This document shows positions 46,988 through 56,468 of a stretch of 64,000 nucleotides of DNA, in pieces. How positions within the stretch are numbered: the stretch's first letter is position 1; the number at the start of each line of letters is the position of its first letter. This stretch comes from a virus, in the IMG/VR virus record IMGVR_UViG_3300013426_000002, positions 32,001-96,000 of that record, one strand, 5' to 3'. Under the pieces are notes generated by a model that was not told the origin of the DNA, did not search any database, and saw nothing but the letters and a program-made list of their open reading frames with translations. A program made the translations under genes and the position numbers.

Positions 46988-48478
46988 TTAAAGTCTACAA
47001 ACTAGACGAGAGCCGCAATAAGCAGTAGCAGAAGCCACCGAATAAAGCGAAGACACGCAGCCGAGGCCAGAAAGATTGTTAAAAGTCACAGAACCACCGT
47101 AGTACATCGTTTTTAAGGAAGAACTAGCAGTAGCAGTATGAAAGTAATCACATCTTCCCGTAGTGGAACTACCATTTGCAATTTTTGGAATAACTGTACC
47201 TAAATACGTATCACCTACATAATTTGACTCTCTCGGTAATTGACCAAGTTCTACAAAATTGTTTGTGATTGCATCACCATAGTCAGCTTCACTTTTTGCA
47301 ATGTAAATTGTACTTGTACCACCATCTTCATCAGTCTTAATATCAAAGATTATACCATCTATATTTTTGAAAATATGACCAAACGGATTTTCAATACCTC
47401 TGTATCTTGGTACTTTCACTTTTACAGCACTGGTATCAAAAGAACTTGGTAAAGTGTATTCAACCTCTCCTGTGTTGTTACCAAGACTATCTGAAGTACC
47501 ACAAGGTACGAGAGGATAATAATTATTAAATGCACTCCACTTAGCATCTGTTATCGTTGATACGACACTTCCCAGTCCACCTTGTTTAAAACCATCTGTA
47601 GTCAATGCATTATTAAAGGCTAACTGACAATTCCAATTTGCATATTCAATTGAATACAACAACCATATCGTATTTACGGCAGTAAAGTCAAACATGTTCC
47701 AATTGGTACCAGCAGCTCTATTTCTAGCATATTTTCTAAAATTTGCTCTAGAAGTTGCAGTCAGTGGCATACCGAGTTGAGTGTTTTCAGCATCATCTAT
47801 TGCAGCATTATTGTTACCACCTCTAAATTCAGCAGTGGTATTAACTACTGAAGCTAATTTCAAAGTAGTAGCATCAGTTCTATCAACAGTTGCTTCGTAA
47901 GCTGAAACATATTGTTTCTTAACTAAAGTATATCCTTCCAATGGGTACTCAGAAATTCTCATACTGTCCACACCATTCTCTGAAGAGAATTTAGTATAGA
48001 ATTCAGGAATTTCTATCATTACCATACCATCAGAACCATCTTTTACAATAGTTGTTCCATCTTCGTTTGCTGTCCAATCATTATTAAAGTAATGATTAAC
48101 TGTACCATCATCAGCCAGAGTACATCCTCTCATCTTATTCTGGATTGGAAGAGAACGATGTAAATCAAGGTTACCTATTCTAGTTAATACTGGATTTAAA
48201 GAACCAGACTGCCAAGATACACCATAAGAATACAGAGCTTCTGCATTAGGTATATCTGTAACATCTAATTTAACCTGATCCAATAACTTATTGTTTACCA
48301 AAACCCATTCCTTACCATTGAAGTATTTCAAATCTCCGCCATATGGATTTGATGCGAGATCTGCCCAATACTTAACAGATGCAGGATTAGGTTTGATTGT
48401 GCTTCCTAATATATCGTATTTATTGTTATAAGTATTCATACATGTATAAAATAAAAAAGGTTGACTAGAAATAGCCAA
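46988..48478 (-). CDS. Receptor-binding / tail-fibre protein with a C-type-lectin (FGE-sulfatase-like) C-terminal domain; DGR target
   Basis: 496 aa. VPRYRGIENPFGHIFKNIDGIIF resembles the RG.EN..GN.W.W.DG signature of DGR variable proteins. The VR occupies codons 4 to 26 counted back from the C-terminus. Confidence 0.7.
   Translation of the reverse strand: MAISSQPFLFYTCMNTYNNKYDILGSTIKPNPASVKYWADLASNPYGGDLKYFNGKEWVLVNNKLLDQVKLDVTDIPNAEALYSYGVSWQSGSLNPVLTRIGNLDLHRSLPIQNKMRGCTLADDGTVNHYFNNDWTANEDGTTIVKDGSDGMVMIEIPEFYTKFSSENGVDSMRISEYPLEGYTLVKKQYVSAYEATVDRTDATTLKLASVVNTTAEFRGGNNNAAIDDAENTQLGMPLTATSRANFRKYARNRAAGTNWNMFDFTAVNTIWLLYSIEYANWNCQLAFNNALTTDGFKQGGLGSVVSTITDAKWSAFNNYYPLVPCGTSDSLGNNTGEVEYTLPSSFDTSAVKVKVPRYRGIENPFGHIFKNIDGIIFDIKTDEDGGTSTIYIAKSEADYGDAITNNFVELGQLPRESNYVGDTYLGTVIPKIANGSSTTGRCDYFHTATASSSLKTMYYGGSVTFNNLSGLGCVSSLYSVASATAYCGSRLVCRL
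47000..47070 (-). repeat. DGR variable repeat (VR) candidate
   Basis: In the sense strand this region encodes GLGCVSSLYSVASATAYCGSRLV, compared with SLGYVNSNNSVASTNANYSSHKI for the TR. There are 20 mismatches in 69 nt, and 19 are opposite TR adenines. Confidence 0.8.
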
Positions 48479-48487
48479 CCTTTGTGT

Positions 48488-49051
48488 TTAGATTTCTTTT
48501 AATTCATCCCCAATAAGAGGATCTGATGCATTTATCTCAGGACGAACATTTGGCAGATTTTGTAAAAGTTTTTTAAGCTCTTTCACTTCAGCTTTTAATT
48601 CATCAAGTTCTTTGAAATCTTTTGTCACATTGGTTGTTATGTCCGAGTTTGCATTAAGTAGTTTTAAGATGTCTTCACATCTCCTCATCTCCTCATCGTA
48701 TTTCATTACGCTTTCCTTCTTGATTTTACAGTCATTATATGATTGTTTAACCATATTAATAATCTGTTCTTTATTGGTAGCTAATGTTAAACCAATGGTA
48801 GAATCGGTCATTAAATCTTTATCTTCAGATACTGACAGTTTTCTTTGTTCACCATCACAAGAAATTACTAAATCAACTAATTTACGTCTATTCTGCATAG
48901 GCATTGGGAATTGACTTGGTGGTAATGGTTCTTCGTAGGGTTTTGATACACTTACTACTCTACCTAAACTGTAAGCAGTACTCTTTTTAAAAGTACCTGT
49001 AATCTCGAGTACGTGTATGTTTGTACCCGGTGTTAATTGAGAGAATGTCAT
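48488..49051 (-). CDS. Hypothetical protein with C-terminal coiled coil
   Basis: 187 aa. The C-terminus DFKELDELKAEVKELKKLLQNL is heptad-like. No other motif was found. Confidence 0.5.
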   Translation of the reverse strand: MTFSQLTPGTNIHVLEITGTFKKSTAYSLGRVVSVSKPYEEPLPPSQFPMPMQNRRKLVDLVISCDGEQRKLSVSEDKDLMTDSTIGLTLATNKEQIINMVKQSYNDCKIKKESVMKYDEEMRRCEDILKLLNANSDITTNVTKDFKELDELKAEVKELKKLLQNLPNVRPEINASDPLIGDELKEI

Positions 49052-49062
49052 ATCTTTAAGTT

Positions 49063-49100
49063 TTAAAAAGATATGGGCAGTTGTTACTCGCTGCCCATAT
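49063..49100 (-). terminator. Intrinsic terminator after the 134-aa gene
   Basis: ATATGGGCAG (49071-49080) pairs with CTGCCCATAT (49091-49100). On the - strand the hairpin is followed by CTTTTTAAAA. Confidence 0.7.
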
Positions 49101-49115
49101 ACTTTAGTTAATATA

Positions 49116-49520
49116 TTAAGCAGCAGTAGCTACGGTATAATGATTCATAAACTGGATGATATTGTCACACTTATTGTAGTAGACCCAATATCTATTACCG
49201 GCTGTTATTTCAGAACCTAACAATGGAGTACTATCGCCTTTGACAACTGGTACATTTCTATTGTTTGAAGCAGTACTTACAGAACCTGTAGTAGATACAA
49301 ATACTGGTAAACTAGCACTTGCTGCAGCAGGAGTGTTTCTTACTTCAAATACAAATACACCTTCTCTTGGTAATCTACACCAGACTTTGGGGCAAATACC
49401 CAACACTGTAGATTCTGTTGAATCACTAACACTTATTGTAGTAATCTTTGGTATTACTTGGTCTAATACTCTTACAGTATTATTACGACCAAAGTAAGGA
49501 TAAAATACGAAAGGATACAT
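49116..49520 (-). CDS. Abundant small virion-protein candidate (134 aa)
   Basis: The likely start is the ATG at 49520 (MYPFVFYPYFG), preceded by AAAGGAGGT, rather than the ORF-track start at 49547, which overlaps the upstream gene. The protein is beta-rich with a Ser/Thr/Val/Ala composition, and a strong terminator lies downstream. Confidence 0.55.
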   Translation of the reverse strand: MYPFVFYPYFGRNNTVRVLDQVIPKITTISVSDSTESTVLGICPKVWCRLPREGVFVFEVRNTPAAASASLPVFVSTTGSVSTASNNRNVPVVKGDSTPLLGSEITAGNRYWVYYNKCDNIIQFMNHYTVATAA

Positions 49521-49524
49521 AATT

Positions 49525-49533
49525 ACCTCCTTT
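49525..49533 (-). promoter_or_regulatory. Consensus Shine-Dalgarno (AAAGGAGGT), 4 nt upstream of the ATG at 49520
   Basis: The - strand reads aaaggaggt-aatt-ATG. None of the other gene starts I inspected in the window has a comparable SD. Confidence 0.6.
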
Positions 49534-49537
49534 CTTA

Positions 49538-50464
49538 TTAACCACAACAGCTATCACCGTATCCGTAACCGTTGTAACCATAACCTGTTAACCCACCATT
49601 ACATCCATAAGGATTACATGTAATATAAGCGGGTACTGGAACAGGTCTAATCTGATTTACAATATTCTGTGTCTGTTGCTGAGACAATGCGGACATTTGA
49701 TAAGCCTGTTTTTCATCACGCAAATTGTCAATCTTATTCTGCATTTCTCTCATTTCCAACTGACAGAACTTGTCATTGATGATCTGAGTTTGTGCATCAA
49801 TCTTAGCACCAATTACATTGAATTTAGTTGCATTATCAGACATTAAAGTGTTAAAGCCTGAAGTAATAGCATTCTGTAATGTATTAGTCTGCTGACAAAT
49901 TGACAATCTGTTATCAGCACTCATTTGTGTTAAGTTCAAATTAACAGCATCTATAGAGCGCTGAGTTGTGCAGCAACAATCACTAATTGCTTTGATAACG
50001 TTGCAATCACCTGCGTTAACAGCGTTGATTACTCTTTCTGCAGAGAAACCTATTTCACCACTAACTTTACCAATTGCATTCTGGATTGAACACAAAGCGT
50101 TGTCAATTGATTTAACATCACAATTCAAGTTAGTAGACAGAGTACTAATAGCGTCTTTATTTCCCTGAATAGCTTGCATCAACAAATCGGTATTGTTATT
50201 CTGATTACCCATGGCGGCTAATCTAGCAAAATCAGAATTAGTTTCAGCTTGGTTACCGCGATTAAAACCATTACCACCCCACATCCAGAAGAGTAAGATG
50301 ATAAAAATCCACCACCAGCCACCGTTACCGCCGAAGCCGTTACCATTGTTCATCATAGCCATTAAAGCATTGGGATCTAAACCTTTATTAGCATTCTGCA
50401 TTAAAGCTGCAAGACCTGCGTCAAAGCCACGATCTTGTACAATTATTCTTTCGTTTTCTAACAT
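49538..50464 (-). CDS. Membrane-anchored protein with Trp-rich TM helix and Gly/Tyr/Cys C-terminus
   Basis: 308 aa. It contains NGNGFGGNGGWWWIFIILLFWMWGGNGFNRGN, Cys pairs (DCCCTT) and a Gln-rich coiled region. It ends GYGYNGYGYGDSCCG. Confidence 0.5.
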   Translation of the reverse strand: MLENERIIVQDRGFDAGLAALMQNANKGLDPNALMAMMNNGNGFGGNGGWWWIFIILLFWMWGGNGFNRGNQAETNSDFARLAAMGNQNNNTDLLMQAIQGNKDAISTLSTNLNCDVKSIDNALCSIQNAIGKVSGEIGFSAERVINAVNAGDCNVIKAISDCCCTTQRSIDAVNLNLTQMSADNRLSICQQTNTLQNAITSGFNTLMSDNATKFNVIGAKIDAQTQIINDKFCQLEMREMQNKIDNLRDEKQAYQMSALSQQQTQNIVNQIRPVPVPAYITCNPYGCNGGLTGYGYNGYGYGDSCCG

Positions 50465-50502
50465 AATATTAATTTTTTAATTGATTTAAAATCTTTGATT
50501 GA

Positions 50503-51255
50503 TTAGAAATATCTGATAGATGTGTTACGTGTGTCTCTATTCTGAGCCATACGCATTTCTTTTTCACGTTCTTCACGTTCTTTTTTCATGCGTTTTGCTT
50601 CCTCAGAATAATTACTATATCCATATTCAGAACGTGATTCATAAGGATACTCTCTTCTAGATCTGTAGTATCTGTCGTAATCACGATATTCTGGTTCTTC
50701 GTAACGACTATAATAATCACCCTTATGATACTCGTGTTCATAAGCTTTGTAATCATTATCATCATCGTCACACATTATATAAACATAGTAATGCCACATT
50801 TTACCTTCTGAAATATCTTTGTCACAAAGCCAAGCCTTGGTAAGTTCTGCAAAATGTTTAGTATTAGTACCGCCTGTCATAGCTACTACAGCTTTATAAA
50901 AATCTGAGTAGATCATGTTCATAGCTACGTACCAATCCCATTTGTTATGTTTCTCTGATTTCAAATTTATGCCAAGTTGATTGGCAACGGACGTTGTCTC
51001 TTCAACCGTCCAGTGAGGACCTGTAGTTCCATCCTCGTTTTCCATCTCTTCTACAGCATATTGTGCATGTTCCTCATCAAAATGAGGTCCATTAATTGCC
51101 TCATAAGCATTTGCACAGAGTTCTGATTTTAGTATTCTAAAACCTTTCTCAAGCAAATTATCTTCATGCTGATCCATAGCTTTACCTAATTTAGTTAAGG
51201 CTTCAGTAGGAGAAGGATGGCGTTTGATTTGATCTATTATTTTACTTAAATGCAT
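50503..51255 (-). CDS. Hypothetical protein with Tyr/Arg/Glu-rich tail
   Basis: 250 aa. The C-terminus reads DYYSRYEEPEYRDYDRYYRSRREYPYESRSEYGYSNYSEEAKRMKKEREEREKEMR. Confidence 0.5.
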   Translation of the reverse strand: MHLSKIIDQIKRHPSPTEALTKLGKAMDQHEDNLLEKGFRILKSELCANAYEAINGPHFDEEHAQYAVEEMENEDGTTGPHWTVEETTSVANQLGINLKSEKHNKWDWYVAMNMIYSDFYKAVVAMTGGTNTKHFAELTKAWLCDKDISEGKMWHYYVYIMCDDDDNDYKAYEHEYHKGDYYSRYEEPEYRDYDRYYRSRREYPYESRSEYGYSNYSEEAKRMKKEREEREKEMRMAQNRDTRNTSIRYF

Positions 51256-51302
51256 AGTTTCAATTTGTTTATTGATTAATACTAAATTGAAATGTTTTGC
51301 AA

Positions 51303-51902
51303 TTATTTTGATAATTTGATAACTCGTGTATCGGTTACACGTATTAAGTCATTAGAATTGATAATTTTGTAAGATTCTAGTTTGTCTTTTTTAAAGTCAA
51401 AATGAATTAACCGTTGAAACCAGTTTTTATATTTCTTTCTATATACTTTTTCTTCGGTTATAAACAAATCTTGATGATTGTATATTTCTGGTATACAAGT
51501 TAAGATTGAATCTTTCCTTGATATTTTGATGGTAGTCAATTGATTTGATTGAAGCTCAGTATAAAAATCTCTATCTACAGGTATCTTCTTTACTATAGTA
51601 TCTGTCAACAGTGTTGACACCCTCATTGCTTCTTTTAACTTTTTATCTTTTATTTTAAGTTGATCTTGTACTTTTGATAACTCTTGTATCAGACTATCAT
51701 TAGAATGTTTAAAATCTGATATGTCTAATTGTAATACTCTATTAGCTTCATATTGATTATTTAGCATTGATTGATAAGCTTCAATATTGTTTTTAGCTTT
51801 ACTTAGGTAGTTATCTAAACTATTTACTTTAGACCTTAATACATAATTAGTAACACCTAAGTAAGATATAAGTCCTATTATCAACACTCTAAGATAGCTC
51901 AT
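51303..51902 (-). CDS. Spanin-like / membrane-anchored coiled-coil protein
   Basis: The likely start is the ATG at 51902 (MSYLRVLIIGLISYLGVTNYVL), 1 nt after the holin stop. The ORF-track start at 51980 overlaps the holin by 77 nt. The protein has an N-terminal TM helix followed by a coiled coil (LSKVQDQLKIKDKKLKEAM). Confidence 0.45.
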   Translation of the reverse strand: MSYLRVLIIGLISYLGVTNYVLRSKVNSLDNYLSKAKNNIEAYQSMLNNQYEANRVLQLDISDFKHSNDSLIQELSKVQDQLKIKDKKLKEAMRVSTLLTDTIVKKIPVDRDFYTELQSNQLTTIKISRKDSILTCIPEIYNHQDLFITEEKVYRKKYKNWFQRLIHFDFKKDKLESYKIINSNDLIRVTDTRVIKLSK

Positions 51903-51903
51903 A

Positions 51904-52449
51904 TTATTTAATCTTTTTAACCAATTTCTTAATCTTTGGTAAATCTTCTTTATCAATTGTAATATCCAAGTACTTCTCACCTTTTTTCTTTAAGAATTTA
52001 GAGAATAATTTCCAAGGTCCTGTGGGATCTAATGTATGAAGATTTTCAATCATTGACCACAGTTCTACACCGGCAATCAAACCTGCAAAACCTTCTACTA
52101 GATGAGCACTAAATGAAGTTAGTATATATTGATCAACAAGATGACCACAACTAATCATTAGCGTACTAAAACCTAATTTCTTTATAGTTGCCCAAGCCCT
52201 TCTAGATTCTATTTTATCTCCCTTACTTAAGGATACACGGATACCTAGAATCATATCAATAATAATTAACACACCTACTGAAACAATAGGTATCCAAATA
52301 GGCATAAAGAAAGTACTCAATATACTTGCTAAACTTGTACTTACACAAGTAAGTAATTTAGCAGGTCCATCGCTTACTATCTCTCTAAAATAATTCATTG
52401 TAGAAACACTTGATGCTTTTATAATTATCTCATTTAATATACGGTACAT
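51904..52449 (-). CDS. Holin-like membrane protein
   Basis: 181 aa with 3-4 hydrophobic helices, including FFMPIWIPIVSVGVLIIIDMILGI, GFSTLMISCGHLV and GFAGLIAGVELWSMIENL. The ELWSMIEN segment resembles the conserved E..SI.EN motif of a common phage holin family. Confidence 0.5.
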   Translation of the reverse strand: MYRILNEIIIKASSVSTMNYFREIVSDGPAKLLTCVSTSLASILSTFFMPIWIPIVSVGVLIIIDMILGIRVSLSKGDKIESRRAWATIKKLGFSTLMISCGHLVDQYILTSFSAHLVEGFAGLIAGVELWSMIENLHTLDPTGPWKLFSKFLKKKGEKYLDITIDKEDLPKIKKLVKKIK

Positions 52450-52465
52450 GTTGATTGCAAATGTT

Positions 52466-52512
52466 TGAAAAACAAAACGCTAGACAAAACTTTTGAAAGA
52501 AATGCTAGCGTT
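52466..52512 (-). terminator. Intrinsic terminator after the DUF1566-like gene
   Basis: AACGCTAG (52476-52483) pairs with CTAGCGTT (52505-52512). On the - strand the hairpin is followed by TTTTGTTTTTC. Confidence 0.65.
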
Positions 52513-52619
52513 CTGAAAAATTATATGATACTTAGAGCTTGATATATTGGTAAACGGTGCCAATACTCAAAAGTTCTCTTTTAAAATATCACTATTATTG
52601 TTCTAATAGCGGTTATTAA

Positions 52620-53879
52620 TTATGTAGTTTCCACTTCTTTGTTACCTTTGTAAGGTAGTAAGGCTAAAGGAACATTATTATATGCGCTGGTTTTGGATGC
52701 AGAAACCACAACTTTAGTACTCATATCATATGCGTATTCTGTTGTCGGAGTACTTCCAGTCGAAGTCCAGTAATATGTGATACCTGTGGTATTGAAATTA
52801 TTTAATCCAATTAAAGCAGAATAGGAATTGATTGTGTCTACATTTTCTACTATTTTACTCCATTCACCAAGAGATCCTACAAAACCTGTAGAACCATTGC
52901 CGATTGAAAAATTTGTAGCATATGATGCTGCGTATTCTGTACTCTGTTTTAATAGTAACTTTGTATTAATTCTTCCAGCATAATCTTTTAAAGCGTAGTC
53001 GGAATTTCCAACAGCATAAAGCATATTTGCATTACTTGCTGGGCCTACACCTGCATATTTAGTTCTCTCTTTAGAGATCAGAAATTGAGTTTCATCTGTT
53101 ACTAAAGCAACACCTATTGCGTCAGATGATGCTTTACCAGAAGCTGTCCATTGAGTATCTGTGTAATAATTATTATCTTTATCACATATATAAATTCCAT
53201 TATCTATATGATTGTATTTCACTGTACAAAATGGACGTACCCAGCCAATAGAACTCTTATACGGTGAACTGATATAAACATTTGTACTGGCATCCATTTG
53301 ATAAGTCGAATTCAAATCTTTTTGAGTAGAGCTTATCACAGGATCTTCACCTGTATCTTCTAATTCTGTTCCACCTACGTTCTGTAAAGCATCCGTTAAA
53401 TCCGTAAAACTAACGCAAGAAGCCATTAATTGACCTAAGGCAGGTAAATACCAACTACCTGCAGGGAATCCTTCTGTAGAATATTCAGCACAAGCTTTAG
53501 CAGCTAAAGCAGAGTTGCCCAATTGTGCAATGATTTTCTCAGTATTGGTTTTACCATCAAAGTCAAGTCTAGCTACAGCTTTGTCTGTAGTTGTAACTAT
53601 ATCTGAAATTAGAGTGCCAGTGCCACCAAACGTAGTTTTACTTGTAGAAGTGTTGTGCAATGCCATAAAGTCAAATTCCATACTACGTACATCTGTAATA
53701 ACACCAACACAAGTTTTAGAGCCATCGTGCAAAGTTGACCAAGTCCCATCACTATATACGTAATCATACACTTTTGGTCTATAACGAACCTCATGTGGAT
53801 AAATTTTAGTACTACCCAAATACATTGCCGTTACAGGAGTACTACCAACATATGCTTTTGTAATATCTAAATTTGTCAT
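52620..53879 (-). CDS. Tail-fibre-associated protein with two DUF1566/Lcl-C-like modules
   Basis: 419 aa. [13 protein letters not shown] ... VRPFCTV, and then [10 protein letters not shown] ... YYWTSTG, fit the W.LP...EL / YW(S/T)S / VR.V pattern of DUF1566. The start overlaps the upstream gene as ATGA. Confidence 0.5.
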   Translation of the reverse strand: MTNLDITKAYVGSTPVTAMYLGSTKIYPHEVRYRPKVYDYVYSDGTWSTLHDGSKTCVGVITDVRSMEFDFMALHNTSTSKTTFGGTGTLISDIVTTTDKAVARLDFDGKTNTEKIIAQLGNSALAAKACAEYSTEGFPAGSWYLPALGQLMASCVSFTDLTDALQNVGGTELEDTGEDPVISSTQKDLNSTYQMDASTNVYISSPYKSSIGWVRPFCTVKYNHIDNGIYICDKDNNYYTDTQWTASGKASSDAIGVALVTDETQFLISKERTKYAGVGPASNANMLYAVGNSDYALKDYAGRINTKLLLKQSTEYAASYATNFSIGNGSTGFVGSLGEWSKIVENVDTINSYSALIGLNNFNTTGITYYWTSTGSTPTTEYAYDMSTKVVVSASKTSAYNNVPLALLPYKGNKEVETT

Positions 53880-56467
53880 TCTGTAATTATATAAAGAGTA
53901 TTAGAATTTGGATTAGTTGTGCTATCGTACTGTGCTTGCGTTAATTGTTTTATAGTGTGGATTTCATCACTTGCGACCGTGTTGGGAGTAACATATGTAC
54001 CAGCATCAGTGAGAAACTTAGTGCCATCACCATTAGTATACAACACCACATTGTTAGTAACACCTTGTACAGACTTACTTGTTTTTGTTATTGTAAGCAT
54101 GATAGGACTAAAGCTAATACCTTGTTCTGAAACAGTTGAAGTTGTAATTACAATTGAAATAATTGAATTATTTACAAGTAACATCATAGGCATTGCTATC
54201 TGATTATAATATCCAACAGAGCATTTTTTATCATAAGCATCTTGTGCAGCAGCAATAAATGCATCTGTAGTAGTACTAACTGTGTCACCGCTTTCAGTAA
54301 ACAATGGAGATAAATCTAGATACGGAGCATTAGTAAGGTAACTACCTTTAGGTTGATACGTACTAGCAGCATCTGTTTTAGTTAGATAACCTGTAAGATC
54401 AACTGTTTCACTAAGTTTATCCCAAGTTGGTGTAGTGGATGTAGCAACATAATTTGCACCAGTATCTTCAAGATTATATACATCACCTATTACTACATTT
54501 GTGGTAGGTAGTGCAGCATAATTCGCTACAGAACCTTTAACACGATATACAGATGCAACGGCTGTGTTTATTTTTGTATCTACTTGAGACTCTGTAATAA
54601 TAGTAGGTTTATTCAATATCTGTGCATCACCTGATGTAGCATTCCAATCTGATTTAACATTTACTTGTGCCCCAGTTGCAATACCTGTCAATTTGTTTTT
54701 TTCAGCAGTAGTATAGTCATTAGTACTTAACTGTTTACCCGTAACTGCATCTACCTTCTTTGCTAATTCTGCGTTGACATATGTAGTATCGGCTTTACCA
54801 GATATTTGACCAACAACATCTACAGAAGCTACAGTATCATCTACATATTTCTTTGTAGCTGGATGATATTCTTTTGTAGGTGTAAAAGACATAGTATTAG
54901 TCTTTGCAATATAAAACGAATTGTGATCGTGAGTTTTTATAGTACCTGTAAGAACAGCTTCTACATTAGCTTTAGTTACATTTGCATCACTCCCGGGATC
55001 TCCTTTATCACCTTTCTCTCCCTGATCTCCTTTAGGACCCTGTGCCCCAGTACTTCCTGTTTCACCCTTAGGTCCTTGAGCACCAGTTTCACCTTTAGGA
55101 CCAGCAGGACCTTGTTCTCCCTGTGGACCTTTAATGCTACCTACATTACTCCATTTAGGATTAGTTGTTACATTACCATTCTCACCAACATATACATACA
55201 GATTACCGGAAATCAAATAAGCATCCCCTTCTGTTCCCGTAGATGGTAATTCTGACTCAGCAGACAATTCTCCTTTGATGTTTACTCCAGATCCATTATC
55301 TCCTTTGTCACCCTTGTCACCTTTAGTTCCTTTGGGTATACCAAAGTTAAATACAGCAGCATTAGATGTACCAGAGTTTGTTATTGTTACAGATGATGTA
55401 GGATCTAAGGTAGTAACAGTACCCAAAGTAATAGTAGCAGCAGTGCCTGGATCACCTTTAGCCCCAGTTTCTCCTTTTGCTCCTTGACTACCAGTATCAC
55501 CTTTTTCACCTTTGTCGCCTTTTACACCCTGAACACCTTGGTCTCCCTTATCGCCTTTCTCACCTTGAACACCTTGGATACCTTGAATACCTTGTGAACC
55601 TGTAGCTCCTTTATCCCCCTTATCTCCTTTTTCTCCTTTTAATGAAGTTAACCATGCATTTTCATCTCCTTCAAAGCCATGTTGAACAGCAACCTGATAT
55701 GCAGATAAACCTTGGATACCTTGAGCACCAGAAAGATCTGATATAAACTTCCACTCACTATCACCTTTTAAATACAAACGAGAGTCTTCTTCATCCTGTA
55801 CATTGCCAGTGTCTATCATTACAAATTGTCCCACACTAACTTCAGGATCATTGTAATTAAGTTTCATATTAGCAACAGAAGGATATGTTTTAACTATAGT
55901 AAAAGCATCACCAACGGCTTTAATACCCGTATCGGTATATACTTTCTTATTATAATCATAAAATCTCCAAGTACCATTAACAATCATAGGTGGATTTTCT
56001 ACCATTTCTGTAGCTTGAGTTAAAGCTTTATTAGCATCATCTACTGCATTTATAGCAGAGATAATTTGATTGCTAAAGTCTTCTTCAGAACCTTCAAACC
56101 CATTATCTACAGCATAATCGTATGCAGTCTTACCGTAAGCTTGTGCTTTGCTGTCTATGTACTCATTAGAAATACTATCGAAAACATACCAGTTGCCATT
56201 CTCACCTATGTATGGATTCTTACCAGTTGCTTCTATACCGGTATCACGATTGTCTACCCACCAGTTACCATTAGATCCAATCTTTGGAGCTACTGCATCT
56301 TCACTAGTAGTCTCTGTTAATTTAACCCATGACTTAATATCTGGATTAAATACTTTAATTACCTTACCTTTTGAATTTGCTCCCAAGTCTATCCAGTACC
56401 CAACCTCATTGGAGTTAGGTACTGTGTAGCTTGCAAAGAATTCATAATATACATTATTCTTTATCAT
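53876..56467 (-). CDS. Collagen-like tail fibre protein
   Basis: 863 aa with long Gly-X-Y runs. One is [65 protein letters not shown] (about 55445-55645). Another is [46 protein letters not shown] (about 54990-55135). Confidence 0.8.
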   Translation of the reverse strand: MIKNNVYYEFFASYTVPNSNEVGYWIDLGANSKGKVIKVFNPDIKSWVKLTETTSEDAVAPKIGSNGNWWVDNRDTGIEATGKNPYIGENGNWYVFDSISNEYIDSKAQAYGKTAYDYAVDNGFEGSEEDFSNQIISAINAVDDANKALTQATEMVENPPMIVNGTWRFYDYNKKVYTDTGIKAVGDAFTIVKTYPSVANMKLNYNDPEVSVGQFVMIDTGNVQDEEDSRLYLKGDSEWKFISDLSGAQGIQGLSAYQVAVQHGFEGDENAWLTSLKGEKGDKGDKGATGSQGIQGIQGVQGEKGDKGDQGVQGVKGDKGEKGDTGSQGAKGETGAKGDPGTAATITLGTVTTLDPTSSVTITNSGTSNAAVFNFGIPKGTKGDKGDKGDNGSGVNIKGELSAESELPSTGTEGDAYLISGNLYVYVGENGNVTTNPKWSNVGSIKGPQGEQGPAGPKGETGAQGPKGETGSTGAQGPKGDQGEKGDKGDPGSDANVTKANVEAVLTGTIKTHDHNSFYIAKTNTMSFTPTKEYHPATKKYVDDTVASVDVVGQISGKADTTYVNAELAKKVDAVTGKQLSTNDYTTAEKNKLTGIATGAQVNVKSDWNATSGDAQILNKPTIITESQVDTKINTAVASVYRVKGSVANYAALPTTNVVIGDVYNLEDTGANYVATSTTPTWDKLSETVDLTGYLTKTDAASTYQPKGSYLTNAPYLDLSPLFTESGDTVSTTTDAFIAAAQDAYDKKCSVGYYNQIAMPMMLLVNNSIISIVITTSTVSEQGISFSPIMLTITKTSKSVQGVTNNVVLYTNGDGTKFLTDAGTYVTPNTVASDEIHTIKQLTQAQYDSTTNPNSNTLYIITE

Positions 56468-56468
56468 A

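Noticed and set aside
54990-55645. The nucleotide repeats as a CRISPR array or other spacer-repeat structure
   Set aside because: The periodicity is 9 nt or multiples of 3, and the repeats lie in frame with a long ORF encoding Gly-X-Y triplets. There are no 25-40-nt direct repeats separated by unique spacers anywhere in the window.
53515-56429. Overlapping ORFs within the fibre genes (53515..53763, 53919..54203, 54806..55249, 55275..55487, 56066..56429 and others)
   Set aside because: These are alternative-frame or antisense readings of the collagen-like and beta-rich fibre genes. For example, the PLSPLSPL translation is the reverse complement of the Gly-X-Y repeats. They have no independent signals.
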